A DNA stretch of 64,000 nt. Origin: Macrostomum lignano (Eukaryota). Positions 1-12,479 of the stretch are shown piece after piece. The notes under the pieces are model-generated. The model saw only the letters and a list, made by a program, of their open reading frames with translations. It was not told the origin of the DNA and made no database searches. Position numbers and translations under genes: made by a program. Location of the stretch: the NCBI GenBank assembly GCA_002269645.1, contig NIVC01000230.1, forward strand, positions 372,001 to 436,000. Direction: 5' to 3'. Position 1 is the first letter of the stretch; every line of letters begins with the position of its first letter.

Positions 1-894
1 GCATTGGCCATGCAGGTACAGAGGGGACTTGTGCAGGGGATTCTTGCAGTGGCGAGACTATGGGGTAGCTACATGTACTATTACATTGCTAAATACGAAG
101 AATTGTACTTTTGGCCTTCGACGCGCCAACTAGCCTCTCATAGCGCTGATGATAGACTAACTCGAACTTCAGAGACCGCATGATTCATTACCCGAGCCGC
201 TTGGCGAACCTAGAGTGCACAGAGTACATCTGGCGCCGATTCTGCACTCCTGGCAGCTTCGCTAACTGATTTGATAGATTGATCGACTGAGAACTGCCTT
301 GCCATTGGTCCACTGTGACCGGCGCCTACTAGCTTAGCTACTCATCTGAGCCATCGGCGAACAAAGAAATAAAACCGATAAAAATGACTGTTAGATTTAA
401 CAGCTTCTCCCTCAGATCACTTCACACCTCAGATTGAATTGGAGTTTAGACTACTAGCAGTATTATTGAATGATTTCTGCCTCAGTAACAGCACTACTGA
501 ACAGAATGAGCAAAAGTGTGCGCCCAATTCAGCTACTGAAACAGGGGATCCAGATAAGGGATCACCCAACCAAGCAAGTCTAGATAGCCTCTCACTCAAC
601 CAATCAGAAACTCAACAGCCGGAGACCAGGAAATCCACAGTGACCGAATCGGCTTGAAGCTTCGCAGCTGTATACTCGGGATGATGCTGTCACAGTCTTC
701 GCAGATTAGCTAGCAGGTGATGATCTTAACTTTGATGTTCGCTGCTGATGACCGCGGGGGACTCGTCCTTGGATGATGAGGGGGGAAGTCGCAATCCGGG
801 GATCAAGAAACGACGGTCGGGCTCCGGGAACCAGAAATGTCGGGAAGGTTCCTCCGCGGGACAGCCGGTTGAGGTCCGAGCGGGCCAAAAACAC

Positions 895-1035
895 CGGTTT
901 AAATAGCCGCCAACTGGACCACAGTTTGTTATAATGGAACACGTCGATTCTGATTGGCTGAGCCGTTTTGTTAAAATGAGCGCCGAATTTTCTGATTGGC
1001 TAAGCTTGTTGCTTGCTTGAGCAGAATCACGTGAC
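895..1035 (-). promoter_or_regulatory. Putative Pol II promoter pointing leftwards (E-box, two CCAAT boxes, TATA-like box)
   Basis: CACGTG at 1028-1033. Two TCTGATTGGCT copies (CCAAT on minus strand) at 953-957 and 995-999. TATTTAAA on minus strand at 898-905. No downstream coding exon was identified. Confidence 0.3.
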
Positions 1036-1631
1036 CGGGAGATCCTATCAGTTCCCACAGGGTCGTAAAAAGATGACAGGTGCGGTCATAAATGAATTTA
1101 AAAAAGCAACAAAATGATTTATGACTTTTTGCGTAGGATTGACAGAAATTAATGAAAAAATATACATTAGAAAGCTCTTATTAAATAGAAAGTGAAGATA
1201 ATAATGAGAAATCACTAATCGCTAATCCCAAGGTACTCTTAGGGGTAAAACGCATAGCTATCAAAGCTGTCACACGCTTGAGTGAACACGAACAATAGGC
1301 TCTGACCTCATAAATCTTGATGGCCTGTCAAAATGATGAGAAAAAAGCTACCGCCCGCATCCTCTCAGACCATCTGGCGCCCGCCTCAACACTGAGTGAG
1401 GCGCAGGTGGCTGTCAGACCACAGCTTCGAAAGCGATGATTTATGACCCAAAAAGCTGCGCCTATGTTATTATGACTACTAGTATGACCAAACATATCTA
1501 GTATAGATTCTATGACAATTCGCAGAAAAAGGATAAAAATGCCCATAGCCTGCTGTTAGTAGGCTAGTAAGTTTAGAGCCCATGTGCTAGCGCGGGATTT
1601 GGAAAAAAAGTGCGTCCTCATCATATACATG

Positions 1632-1812
1632 TATAACCAATTTGTGGCGCCAATAAGTATCTATATAACCAATTTGTGGCGCCAATAAAATGTCTATAAC
1701 CAATTTGCGGCGTCAATAAAATGTCTATAACCAATTTGTGGCGCCAATAAAATGTCTATAACCAATTTGTGTTGCCAATAAAGTGTCCAGAACCAATTTG
1801 TATCGCCAATAA
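1632..1812. repeat. 31-bp tandem repeat, about 6 copies
   Basis: Unit TATAACCAATTTGTGGCGCCAATAAAATGTC, starting at 1632, 1664, 1695, 1726 and 1757. Confidence 0.9.
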
Positions 1813-2087
1813 AATTATCCTCAGATTAAGACGTAATCGTGTTATTCTACTACACTGCATTAAGTCAGTAGTAAAATTGTCAATCGAAAGAAAAGAAATA
1901 ATTGAGAACCGAAAAAAGTATCTTACATATATTTTTTTGTTTCACAATTTGTTCAAGTTTACAAGTCTTTGATCGCATCAGTACTTGTCCTGTAGAGAAA
2001 CTCAAAACTTCCAACCAGAGTTGATTGCTCTGGTAAGTTCAGAATCGATTTGTTTAACAACACACAGAGATGCAACGCAGAATTCAA

Positions 2088-5000
2088 TCAGCAAAAAACC
2101 CGACACGATGGCAGATGGGCATTAAGAAACTTCCTAATCGTGGCTGTTGCAGATGGGCAGTTTGTCAGCTCCACAGCTCGCAGCTGCCGCATTCGAATCA
2201 GGTGACAAAAGCCGTCGCCGCTGATTCGACTGTTTCCTAGAAAATTTACACGAAAGGTTTAATTTGTTATAATTATAGCGAGAAAATTTAAATTGAAAAT
2301 CAATAGGTGCATTTCTTAGAAAACTCTGTTTCAATCATGAAGTTTCGGAGTATGATATATTTTTAGCAATAAAATTTGGGTATAAGTCTTACCGGCCGCG
2401 GACAAAAAACTCAATGTCCGAAGGTTGAGAATGTGCCGAATTGAGGTGTCACTAAGACTCGAGCACCAGCGTAGGCACAGACTGCGAAGTTTCGGCATTG
2501 TTGACAGGTAGCCAACGCCGATGTCCGATATGCTGCTGCACCTGCGGGTGGGGTGTACTGGTTGACCCATTGTGTGTCTCTCACATTCCCTTTACCCTCC
2601 CCCCTCTACCCTCCTCTCTCTACCCTCCTCCCTCTACCCTCCTCCCTCTACCCTCCTCTCTCTACCCTCCTCCCTCTACCCTCCTCTCTCTACCCTCCTC
2701 TCTCTACCCTCCTCCCTCTACCCTCCTCCCTCTACCCTCCTCTCTCTGCCCTCCTCCCTCTACCCTCCTCCCTCTACCCTCCTCTCTCTACCCTCCTCCC
2801 TCTACCCTCCTCCCTCTACCCTCCTCCCTCTACCCTCCTCTCTCTGCCCTCCTCCCTCTACCCTCCTCCCTCTACCCTCCTCTCTCTACCCTCCTCCCTC
2901 TACCCTCCTCTCTCTACCCTCCTTTCCTCTACACTCCTCTCTCTGCCCTCCTCCCTCTGAAACCTCACTCCTCTCCCCAGCCGCACACCTCTCTCAATGC
3001 TAAACTCAATAAAAGTGCACGCTCGAAGAGACGCGCGACAAGCATGTTCTCTTTCTAACCATCGAATTCAATGTGGTTAATAGAAACTGCTACCGCGGCT
3101 CTTAGCCTTATTGGCTAAACATTTTTGGTCTATATCGACTGCCATATGTCGTTCTTATACTATATATAGTATTATATCAAATAGCAGTAGTTCTTACTGT
3201 AAAGTTGCGTGCAATATCAGCGCTTTTTCAACAAGAAAATAAGAAGGAAGTTTGAGGAAATGTGCCTCCCCTCTATTGAAGCGATAATTCGAAACATCGG
3301 ATCAATATCCACTATAGGGAAGGGCTCAGAGAACTAAACATGGAGTTGGAAAAGGTCGAGTAGTGTGAGACACAAGTCTAGGACCGTGTACTTATATCTG
3401 CTGAGAGTTCTTAGACCGACAGCTCTGACACTATTTCCGGCCAAATAGATCCTGTCACTCTCCCATAGATCAAATCACTCTGTCACTCTTCCATAGATCA
3501 AATCACTCTGTCACTCTCCTATAGATCAAATCACTCTGTCACTCTTCCATAGATCAAATCACTCTGTCACTCTTCCATAGATCAAATCACTCTGTCACTC
3601 TTCCATAGATCAAATCACTCTGTCACTCCCCCATAAATCAAATCACTCTGTCACTCTTCCATAGATCAAATCATTCTGTCACTCTTCCATAGATCAAATC
3701 ACTCTGTCACTCCCCCATAAATCAAATCACTCTGTCACTCTTCCATAGATCAAATCACTCTGTCACTCCCCCATAAATCAAATCACTCTGTCACTCTCCC
3801 ATAAATCAAATAACTCTGTCACTCTTCCATAGATCAAATCACTCTGTCACTCTCCTATAGATCAAATAATTCTCTCACTCTCCCATAGATCAAATAATTC
3901 TCTCACTCTCCCATAGATCAAATAATTCTCTCACTCTCCCATAGATCAAATTATTCTCTCACTCTCCCATAGATCAAATTATTCTCTCACTCTCCCATAG
4001 ATCAAATAATTCTCTCACTCTCCCATAGGTCAAATAATTCTCTCACTCTCCCATAGATCAAATAATTCTCTCACTCTCCCATAGATCAAATGATTCTGTC
4101 ACTCTCCCATAGGTCAAATGATTCTCTCACTCTCCCATAGGTCAAATGATTCTGTCACCCACTCATCATGGCAGTTTGCAGATCCTGCAGTTCCACAGCT
4201 GCATTCAAGGCTTATCTGCGTCAACATCAGCCTGTCTTATCAGTATTTTTCTGGAATCCAGAACTTTAAATTTGACTTTTATTCCGAAAAAGTCTCTCTA
4301 ATATTTATATTATGGCCTTTTAAGTAGGATATCGAATCTTATTGGGTTTAAACAGCTGTATTGTACTAATGATTTCATTTTTTAAAATCCCAGCTCGGAC
4401 AGACCCGGATATTATTTAAGAACCTAAAGTGGACACTTCTAGACTTTCACAGTATTTTTTCGGACACCAAACTCTAACGCCCAATGCTAATTTCGGACAC
4501 CCTTTCGTTGAGTTCGGGCAACCTTATCCATGATATCGTATCTAGTTCCCATCTCGGCCACCCATCTCGGCCACCCTGTTCCCCATCTCGGCCACCCGGC
4601 TCCCCATCTCGGCCACCCTGTTACCAATCTCGGGCACCCTGTTCCCCATCTCGGACACCCGGCTCCCAATCTCGGCCACCCTGTTCCTCATCTCGGCCAC
4701 CCTGTTCCCAACCTCGGCCACCCAGCTGTTCCCCATCTCGGCCACTGTTACCAATCTTGGCCATCTAGCTGTTCCCCATCTCGGCCACCCTGTTCCCCAT
4801 CTCGGCCACCCTGTTACCAATCTCGGCCACCTAGCTGTTCCCCATCTCGGCCACCCTGTTCCCAATCTCGGCCACCCAGCTGTTCCCCATCTCGGCCACC
4901 CTGTTCCCCATCTCGGCCACCCTGTTCCCAATCTTGGCCACCCAGCTGTTCCCCATCTCGGCCACCCTGTTCCCCATCTCGGCCACCCTGTTCCCCATCT

Positions 5001-8000
5001 CGGCCACCCTGTTCCCCATCTCGGCCACCCTGTTCCCAATCTCGGCCACCTAGCTGTTCCCCATCTCGGCCACCCTGTTCCCAATCTCGGCCACCCAGCT
5101 GTTTCCCATCTCGGCCACCCTGTTCCCAATCTCGGCCACCCAGCTGTTCCCAATCTCGGCCACCCAGCTGTTCCCCATCTCGGCCAGCCTGTTCCTCACC
5201 TATCTAAAGTCGCTGTCACCCTGTTTCGAATCTCAGACACCCTACCAAAAGCTTGGAAACACTACTATAAACTCGGACACGCTCTTCCCAATCTCGGACA
5301 CCCTACTAAAAGCTCGGACACTCAATCTATGACCTAGACACTTTTCCCATAAGCTCTCGGACTCGGTCTCGGATATAGTTTCATATATCAGCTATTATAC
5401 GAGGGATGTTCCATAAGTACTTATACTTTTGCATGCTGCTCAGGAACTACGCAACCAATCATTGTAAGTTTTATGTCGCTGGAAAGCGGCTTTACTCATC
5501 TTTAATCTGTCGCCAAAATCATTTCGTTCTGTCAACTATGTCAAAAGTTACAACAAATAACGTAGTCAAAGGTCACCCATAGACTTACAAGAAATTTAAA
5601 GAGCAACAACTACAATGGCAAGCATGAAAACAGAGGCGCGTTGTTGATGACAGAAAGTTTGACTTCTTTGTCACTCATCCTCAGTCGGTACCGACACCTT
5701 CTCAACGTAGTTTCCACCGGAGTTGATGCACTTGGTCCACCTGTTAAACATGCTTTTGATGGCTTCTGCGTACAGCTGTCGGGGGATGACATACAGCAGA
5801 ATTCTGCGGACTTCCTCCTCGATCTGGTTCCTGGTCTCGTACACGCGTCCTTTCAGATGGCGCTTCAACTCTGGAAATAAAGCAAAGTCTGCTGGTGCCA
5901 GGTCTGGAGAGTAAGGAGGGTGAGGTAGAAGATGGAGCTTCAGCTTGCTGATTGCCTCGACTGTCTTTTGTGCTGTATGAGGCCTTGCATTGTCATGATG
6001 AAGAATGAAAGGTCTGGGATTTTCACGACGCTTGTTCTGGATGTCATGATGCAGCTTTGTTAGCGTTTCAACGTAGCGCTCAGAGTTTATTGTAGTGTTT
6101 GGCTCCAAAAACTCGACAGTTAGAGGACCATTGCAGTCGAAAAACAGAGACAGCATGATCTTCTTTCCATGTGCGTCCTTTGAGCTTTTACCGGAGGATT
6201 GGTCCTTCCTGCTTCGAACTGCTCAACCCAGTTGTAGACGGTCATCCTGCTCACCGCATTAGCTCCATGAATGTTGCATAAATCCGCATAAATCTCTGAT
6301 CGCTTTTTTCCGAGTTTCCAGAGGGTAAAAATTGCAGCGCGCTGTCCTTCCCTTGAGTTCACATCCATGGTGATGCAGCAGCAGCCAAGGTGGTGAAACT
6401 TTACAAGATTAAGATGCTGTGATCTTAAGATTAAGATGCTGTGAAAGCTTAGGCCAGTATTTTCCATAGACGAAAAGGGTGTGGCATTCGCTTATGAAGC
6501 AAAAAAGAATGCATTATGTAGAATCCGAAATAACTCTGCGTGCTGAACTTTGAAGTTTTGATTTTGAAAATTTCTTGTAAGTCTATGGGTGACCTTTGAC
6601 TACGTTTTTTGTTGTAACTTTTGACATAGTTGACAGAACGAAATGATTTTGGCGACAGATTAAAGATGAGTAAAGCCGCTTTCCAGCGACATAAAACTTA
6701 CAATGATTGGTTGCGTAGTTCCTGAGCAGCATGCAAAAGTATAAGTACTTATGGAACATCCCTCGTAGAGCACCAGAATTTTGGCCACAAACCCGGACGC
6801 TTACTCACCTGTCCAGCTGCAGCACCTCGAGCTGGCAGAGGTCGCAGGCGATGCACTCAAGAGACACATCCGTGATCCGGGCGCACCAGCTCAGGTCCAG
6901 CTCTCTCAGCTGTTTCATCCGCTCGCCAATGGCATCGATGGCATCGTCGGTGATCTTGGAGCAGCCGCTGAGTGACAGGCGCTGAAGCCAGGCCAGGTTG
7001 GCAGCTAGCAGGACAACGCCTTGGCTGGTCACCTCCCAGCAGCTGTTCAGAGCGAGGCCGCGGAGGCATTCAGCGGCGGGCTGATCGAACAGAGGCATCA
7101 GGCAGGCGTCTGTCACGTGATAGGCCTGGAAGTGCATGGGAATGGGAAGGTAGTGCTGCTTCACCATGGCAACCAGGTGCTTCGGTTGGTGATTGATTGG
7201 AGTTTAGCTGAGTGAAAGTTTAGAATCACTTATGAAACTCCTAAAGAAACTCAGCATCTCACGTACCTAAACACCCAGCGTGTTGCCTAAACACCCAGCA
7301 TGTTACCTAAACACCCAGCATGTTACCTAAACACCCAGAATGTTACCTAAACACCCAGAATGTTACCTAAACACTCAGAATGTTACCTAAACACCCAGAA
7401 TGTTGCCTAAACACTCAGCATGTTACCTAAACACCCAGAATGTTGCCTAAACACTCAGCATGTTACATAAACATCCAGAATGTTACCTAAACACCCAGAA
7501 TGTTACCTAAACACTCAGAATGTTATCTAAACACTCAGCATGTTGCCTAAACACTCAGCATGTTACCTAAACACCCAGCATGTTGCCTAAGCACCCAGCA
7601 TATTGCCTAAACACCCAGAATATTACCTAAGCACCCAGAATATTACCTAAACACCCAGAATATTATCTAAACACCCAGCATGTTACCTAAACACTCAGAA
7701 TATTACCTAAACACCCAGAATGTTACCTAAACACCCAGAATATTACCTAAACACCCAGCATGTTGCCTAAACACCCAGCATGTTGCCTAAACACCCAGAA
7801 TGTTACCTAAACACCCAAAATGTTACCTAAACACCCAGAATGTTACCTAAGCACCCAGCATGTTGCCTAAACACCCAGAATATTACCTAAACACCCAGCA
7901 TGTTGCCTAAACACCCAGAATATTACCTAAACACCCAGCATGTTACCTAAACACCCAAAATGTTACCTAAACACCCAGAATGTTACCTAAACACCCAGCA

Positions 8001-10524
8001 TGTTGCCTAAACACCCAGAATGTTACCTAAACACCCAGAATGTTACCTAAACACCCAGCATGTTACCTAAACACCCAGAAAGCTCCCCAGCAAAATTTCA
8101 CAGCCTGCCTGTCTACCTGCAGCTCAAAATTCGTCAGTCTGGGCGCGGCTTGCACCGCGGCAGCGACACTCAAGTCGGTGACAGACACGCAGTCGGTCAC
8201 GTGTAGGCTGGTCAGGCGAGCTGGCAGGCAGCTCCAGAAGCCCAGCTCAGAAATGTCATTGCAAGCGATCAGCCTGAGCGAAGCCACTCCTGGCAGCGAG
8301 CCAATTAAAGCAGCCAAGCTCTGATCCGTGATGGTCGAATTGAGCACTGTCAGTTCGACCAGACTGGCTTGAAGTCTGATGCCAAGGCGAGACAGCAGCT
8401 CGTCGAGGTGTGCATCGGCGAGGCCTTGGTATTGCGGGGATTGAGATATTAAAAATCGATAGTTGAAAAAGATATTTGCTACATTTATAAACAGTAATTG
8501 CCCTGTTGAAGACTAGAAGGGGTTGTAGCCTAGTGGTTAGAGCGTCGGACTCACGACTTGAAGGTCGGGGGTTCGATTCTTGATCCCACTGGAACAATTT
8601 GTGTCCTTGAGAAGACACTTAACTCTGCATTGCTTCAGTTCACCCAGCTGTAAAATGGGTTGCCAGCATTAGCTGGGGTAATTGAGGGTGTGTGGCGACC
8701 CCCCAAGACCTTGGACTGAACAGCCTTCAGATGCAGCCTTCAGATGCACCGCGCAATAGCTGCGGCTGAGATGTCGGTTGCACATTTAGCTCAATTATTG
8801 GTACTATTAATCGCCCCAACACTGGTCTGTCAGCATCTTCTGTCAGCAACACAACTTCTATCCCTTCTTCGGAGCGGGGCCGGTCAGCGTTGAACACGTC
8901 TGACTCGCGCGCCACACGACCTCTACCTGGCGCTCGATTCCATGAGCATTCATTTGAGGCTTGTGTGCGCGAAAATTGGGGCTTGTCGTGCAATTAACGC
9001 CCTTGGGGGCGCAGAGAATGTACATGCCTAACGATTAGAAAGTCAGGACCCCTGTACACCCTGTGTGAGCGTGTGTACGAGTGCGTGACTGCGTACAGCA
9101 TTGGTGGCTTGTTTGTGCCCAGGAGTCAGCGGAATTGGCAGAGTTGCAGTCAGCGCTAGTTGCGGGATGATGTCGGCCAAAGACATTGCACCAGGGTGCC
9201 CCTCGGTGCTGGCGCCCCTTGGAGCTTGCACCCCTTGAAGTTGGCGCCCCTTGGAGCTGGCGCCCCTTGGTGCTAGCGCCCCTTGAAGTTGGCGCCCCTT
9301 GGAGCTGGCGCCCCTTAGCACTGGCGCTCCTTGGGGTTGGCGCCCCTTGAAGTTGGCGCCCCTTGGAGTTGGCGCCCCTTGGTGCTAGCGCCCCTTGAAG
9401 TTGGCGCCCCTTGGAGCTGGCGCCCCTTAACACCTTCAAGCCCGCTGGCTGCTCTGCAGCCATCTGCCATCCACTGAATATCCGCAGCTGCAGCCGTCTG
9501 TGGCCAGCACAAGTGGCACCCTGCCACTCACTCTGAGCACTTTTTAACACGCTCAAGCTCATTAGGTTAAATCTATGGCTACTCTGCAGCTACCGGGTTT
9601 TCTAAGAGTGAGTGCTGTTGCTGCTTGTGGGCAGACGCAGATGTCTATGGCTGCTCTGCAGTCAGCGGGTTTTCCCAGAGTGAGTGCAGAGGCTTGAGGG
9701 GCAGAAGTGGTTAATTGGAGTTGGCGCCCCTTGTAGTTGGCGCCCCTTGGAGTTGGCGCCCTTTGGTGCTGGCGCCCTTTCGTGCTGGCGCCCCTTCGTG
9801 CTAGGGCATCAAGAAATCCAGGCTACGCCCCTGGCATCATTAGTCATCATTAGGAACCCTCGAACTGCACAAACTCGCCATTGAGTACAACGGAGTCGAT
9901 GCCCCTCTCCAGTGCGCTCTCCGCCAGCAGGTCCAACAATGTCCAGCAGTTCTCCAGCTGTCGGATCGAGACTACCAGGCGCGCCTGCCGCCACACGGAC
10001 TCCGCTGAGTACAGGGCGTCCCGCCAGGCCCGGCTAACTCGGCAGAAACGGCTGGCATCGTGCAGTGTCACGTGACGAGCCAGCTGACGGGTGAACCACG
10101 GCGAAACTGCAATTTCGCCAACTGTTGGCAAACGGCTGGCGGAGTTGGCGCCGGCGAGAGTCTGCCAACGCCTGCTCAAATAGTCTCTGTAGCGATGCTT
10201 TGGCTGAAAATGTTCCCTATGATTTTGTTGCTGCTGCTGCTGTTGCAGAGTCTGCAGTCTGCTCTCTCCCGGATGCAAGCGTAGCAAACGTTGCCTGATT
10301 GCAGCCACTGGGCCGGCGGAGCTTGCGGAGCTGCTGTTGTTGTTGCTGTTGCTGCTGTTGCTGCTGCTGCTAGAAGCAGCAGATTGACGGCATTGTCTTC
10401 TAGGAGAGCCGGAATGACTGCCGCTGCCGCTGCCGCCTCCAGCCGCCGACCCGCCCAGTCTGAAGCTGTTTCTCAGGCTGTTTGAAAGGTCAACGCAAGC
10501 CTTGGCCAGGGAGCCCATGTCCAT
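2088..10524 (-). CDS. FBXL16: F-box/LRR-repeat protein 16 (FBXL16) orthologue, 5 exons, about 522 aa
   Basis: Exons 10524-9879, 8424-8117, 7125-6809, 2541-2393 and 2236-2088 join with consistent phases (1569 nt). Translation follows vertebrate FBXL16 as I recall it: LQ|[83 protein letters not shown]...HLPSCRV. Intron 1 needs a GC donor. Confidence 0.93.
2592..2950. repeat. Pyrimidine-rich 14-16-bp minisatellite (FBXL16 intron 3)
   Basis: Tandem CCCTCCTCCCTCTA / CCCTCCTCTCTCTA units. Source of the PPPSTLL-type ORFs. Confidence 0.9.
3445..4160. repeat. 28-bp minisatellite, about 25 copies (FBXL16 intron 3)
   Basis: Unit ATAGATCAAATCACTCTGTCACTCTTCC, drifting to ATAGATCAAATAATTCTCTCACTCTCCC in the right half. 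Confidence 0.92.
4545..5190. repeat. 21-25-bp minisatellite (FBXL16 intron 3)
   Basis: Unit CTGTTCCCCATCTCGGCCACC, with or without CAG/TAG, and degenerate CTCGGACAC flanks. Confidence 0.9.
5400..6765 (-). mobile_element. Mariner (DD34D) DNA transposon, internally deleted, 198-bp TIRs, TA target-site duplication
   Basis: TA at 5398-5399 and 6766-6767. TIRs 5400-5597 and 6568-6765 have one mismatch. Transposase remnant 6368-5671: N-terminal HTH ([14 protein letters not shown]...[11 protein letters not shown]) and C-terminal [21 protein letters not shown] with 34 residues between the Asps. The region holding the first catalytic Asp is absent, and there is a frameshift near 6175. Confidence 0.95.
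7260..8080. repeat. 20-bp minisatellite, about 41 copies (FBXL16 intron 2)
   Basis: Unit TGTTACCTAAACACCCAGAA/GCA. Confidence 0.93.
8519..8746 (+). mobile_element. tRNA-derived SINE with a MIR/CORE-like central domain (FBXL16 intron 1)
   Basis: A box TAGCCTAGTGG and B box GGTTCGATTC. These are followed by GTGTCCTTGAGAAGACACTTAACTCTGCATTGCTTCAGTTCACCCAGCTGTAAAATGGG, which resembles the MIR core. Tail is a 13-nt tandem duplication (CAGCCTTCAGATG)x2. Confidence 0.75.
9205..9800. repeat. 15-16-bp GGCGCCCC minisatellite in two blocks (9205-9430, 9715-9800; FBXL16 intron 1)
   Basis: Unit (G/C)TGGCGCCCCTTG(G/A)A. Confidence 0.85.
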
Positions 10525-11387
10525 GCTTGGGACTTTATTTATTTATATCTCTCGCTGTCTGCTTCCAGCGCTTGCTGCTTCGATCGCAAAAGAAGCCGCC
10601 TGAAACCAACAGATTTATAGGCGCGGAGAAGCTTGCTGATTGGCCGGTAGAAAAAGGAGGCTCAGAGTCTCCCGTGCCGTGCATCTGCATCTGCTTCAGT
10701 GCAGCAAGTCAAAGGATAACTATAACAGTGCTCAAACTCAAAGCGAAAGCAGTTCGATATAGTCGGTGCTAATTCCACAGCAATGGGAAGAAGTTCCCAT
10801 TTTGAGGAGATGCTCAGACACGCGGAATTTTCTCTTCAACCACCTCCTGGGGAATTACAGAGAGCTTTGCAGTGGCTTCAGAGTTGACCGACTCGCATGT
10901 GCACCTGCCCATCTCTTCTCAGCTTGAGCACTTTGAGCTCACGAGCGCGCAAAAGATTTATGAGGCACGGCTGCGACTTCGAGGTGCAGCAGCAGCAGCA
11001 GCAGATGTTCGGTCCGATTTTCAAGATAAGCCGCTTTTACCCGCTTTGCTCAGCTCCTCACGGCTTGCCCAGAAACTGCAGCTGCGGGCTAAAAAGGATA
11101 CAACTCTGACGTACTGGTAATTATGAGATGACGCTCAGGGCAGGAGAGCGGACAAAGGAGAAGAAAGATCGACTTAAGGAAGGATTAAAGAAACTTAAGA
11201 AAAACTACAGACTGAAAACAGACTGTACAGCCACATTGCGGATGATTTGCGACACCCGAGAGCTAAATAACTATCTGTAAATTTACGGTTTACTTTTGTG
11301 GGAATTAAGTATACTATCGATACATATCGGCGCAGGTAAATTCGTGATTTTTTTGTGGAAGGGGTGTCTCATCTTCAGTAAGAATAA

Positions 11388-12108
11388 TAGAATGAGGGCG
11401 CCTCATCTTTTGTTTAGAATGAGGGCGCCTCATCTTTTGTTTAGAATGAGGGCGCCTCATCTATTGTTTAGAATGAGGGCGCCTCATCTATTGTTTAGAC
11501 TGAGGGCGCCTCATCTATTGTTTAGAATGAGGGTGCCTCATCTTTTGTTTAGAATGAGGGCGCCTCATCTATTGTTTAGAATGAGGGCGCCTCATCTATT
11601 GTTTGGAATGAGGGCGCCTCATCTTTTGTTTAGAATGAGGGCGCCTCATCTATTGTTTAGAATGAGGGCGCCTCATCGATTGTTTAGAATGAGGGCGCCT
11701 CATCTATTGTTTAGAATGAGGGCGCCTCATCTATTGTTTAGAATGAGGGCGCCTCATCTATTGTTTAGAATGAGGGCGCCTCATCTATTGTTTAGAATGA
11801 GGGCGCCTCATCTATTGTTTAGAATGAGGGCGCCTCATCTATTGTTTAGAATGAGGGCTCCTCATCTTTTGTTTGGAATGAGGGCGCCTCATCTATTGTT
11901 TAGAATGAGGGCGCCTCATCTATTGTTTAGAATGAGGGCGCCTCATCTATTGTTTAGAATGAGGGCGCCTCATCTATTGTTTAGAATGAGGGCGCCTCAT
12001 CTTTTGTTTAGAATGAGGGCGCCTCATATATTGTTTAGAATGAGAGCGCCTCATCTATTGTTTAGAATGAGGGCGCCTCATCTATTGTTTAGAATGAGGG
12101 CGCCTCAT
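11388..12108. repeat. 27-bp minisatellite with a palindromic core, about 27 copies
   Basis: Unit TTTAGAATGAGGGCGCCTCATCTATTG. Gives the RMRAPHLLF ORF. Confidence 0.95.
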
Positions 12109-12479
12109 TTTATGATGGAGATCGGCGTACAAACTTTCTACCAGTTGTTCGAAAAAACAGTTATAGAAGGACGTGCTTAACTCTTTGATGAGTAGCGAAT
12201 ATAACTAACATTGGCAAAAGCCCTTTGATGGGGCTTCTGCAGGATTTAGCCTGTGAGCGAAGCATGTCATCGCTAACTGTATCTGAATTGGGTAAAGGGT
12301 TAATCAATAAGTTTATCCCGGAGGCTCTGTAATACCCAGTGTGTCAATCTATATTTAGTGTCCATCAGTTTGTTACAGTCGTCACTTTGCCTCTAGAGCT
12401 TGCTACACTGGGCACTGTGTAATTAGTGGGGGATGAGAGACATTTCAGGGCGGCAGACAATGAAGCACCTGAAGCGGAG

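Noticed and set aside
676-690. 11-nt match (CTGCGAAGACT, minus strand) to my recollection of a flatworm spliced-leader sequence
   Set aside because: Too short, the flanks do not match, and there is no adjacent donor or Sm site.
8519-8590. Possible tRNA gene
   Set aside because: The anticodon and acceptor stems pair poorly, and the sequence continues into a SINE core and tail.
10780-11260. Short ORF 10872-11120 and coding-like composition upstream of FBXL16
   Set aside because: No recognisable homology, and it is interrupted by stops or frame changes. Possibly a decayed element.
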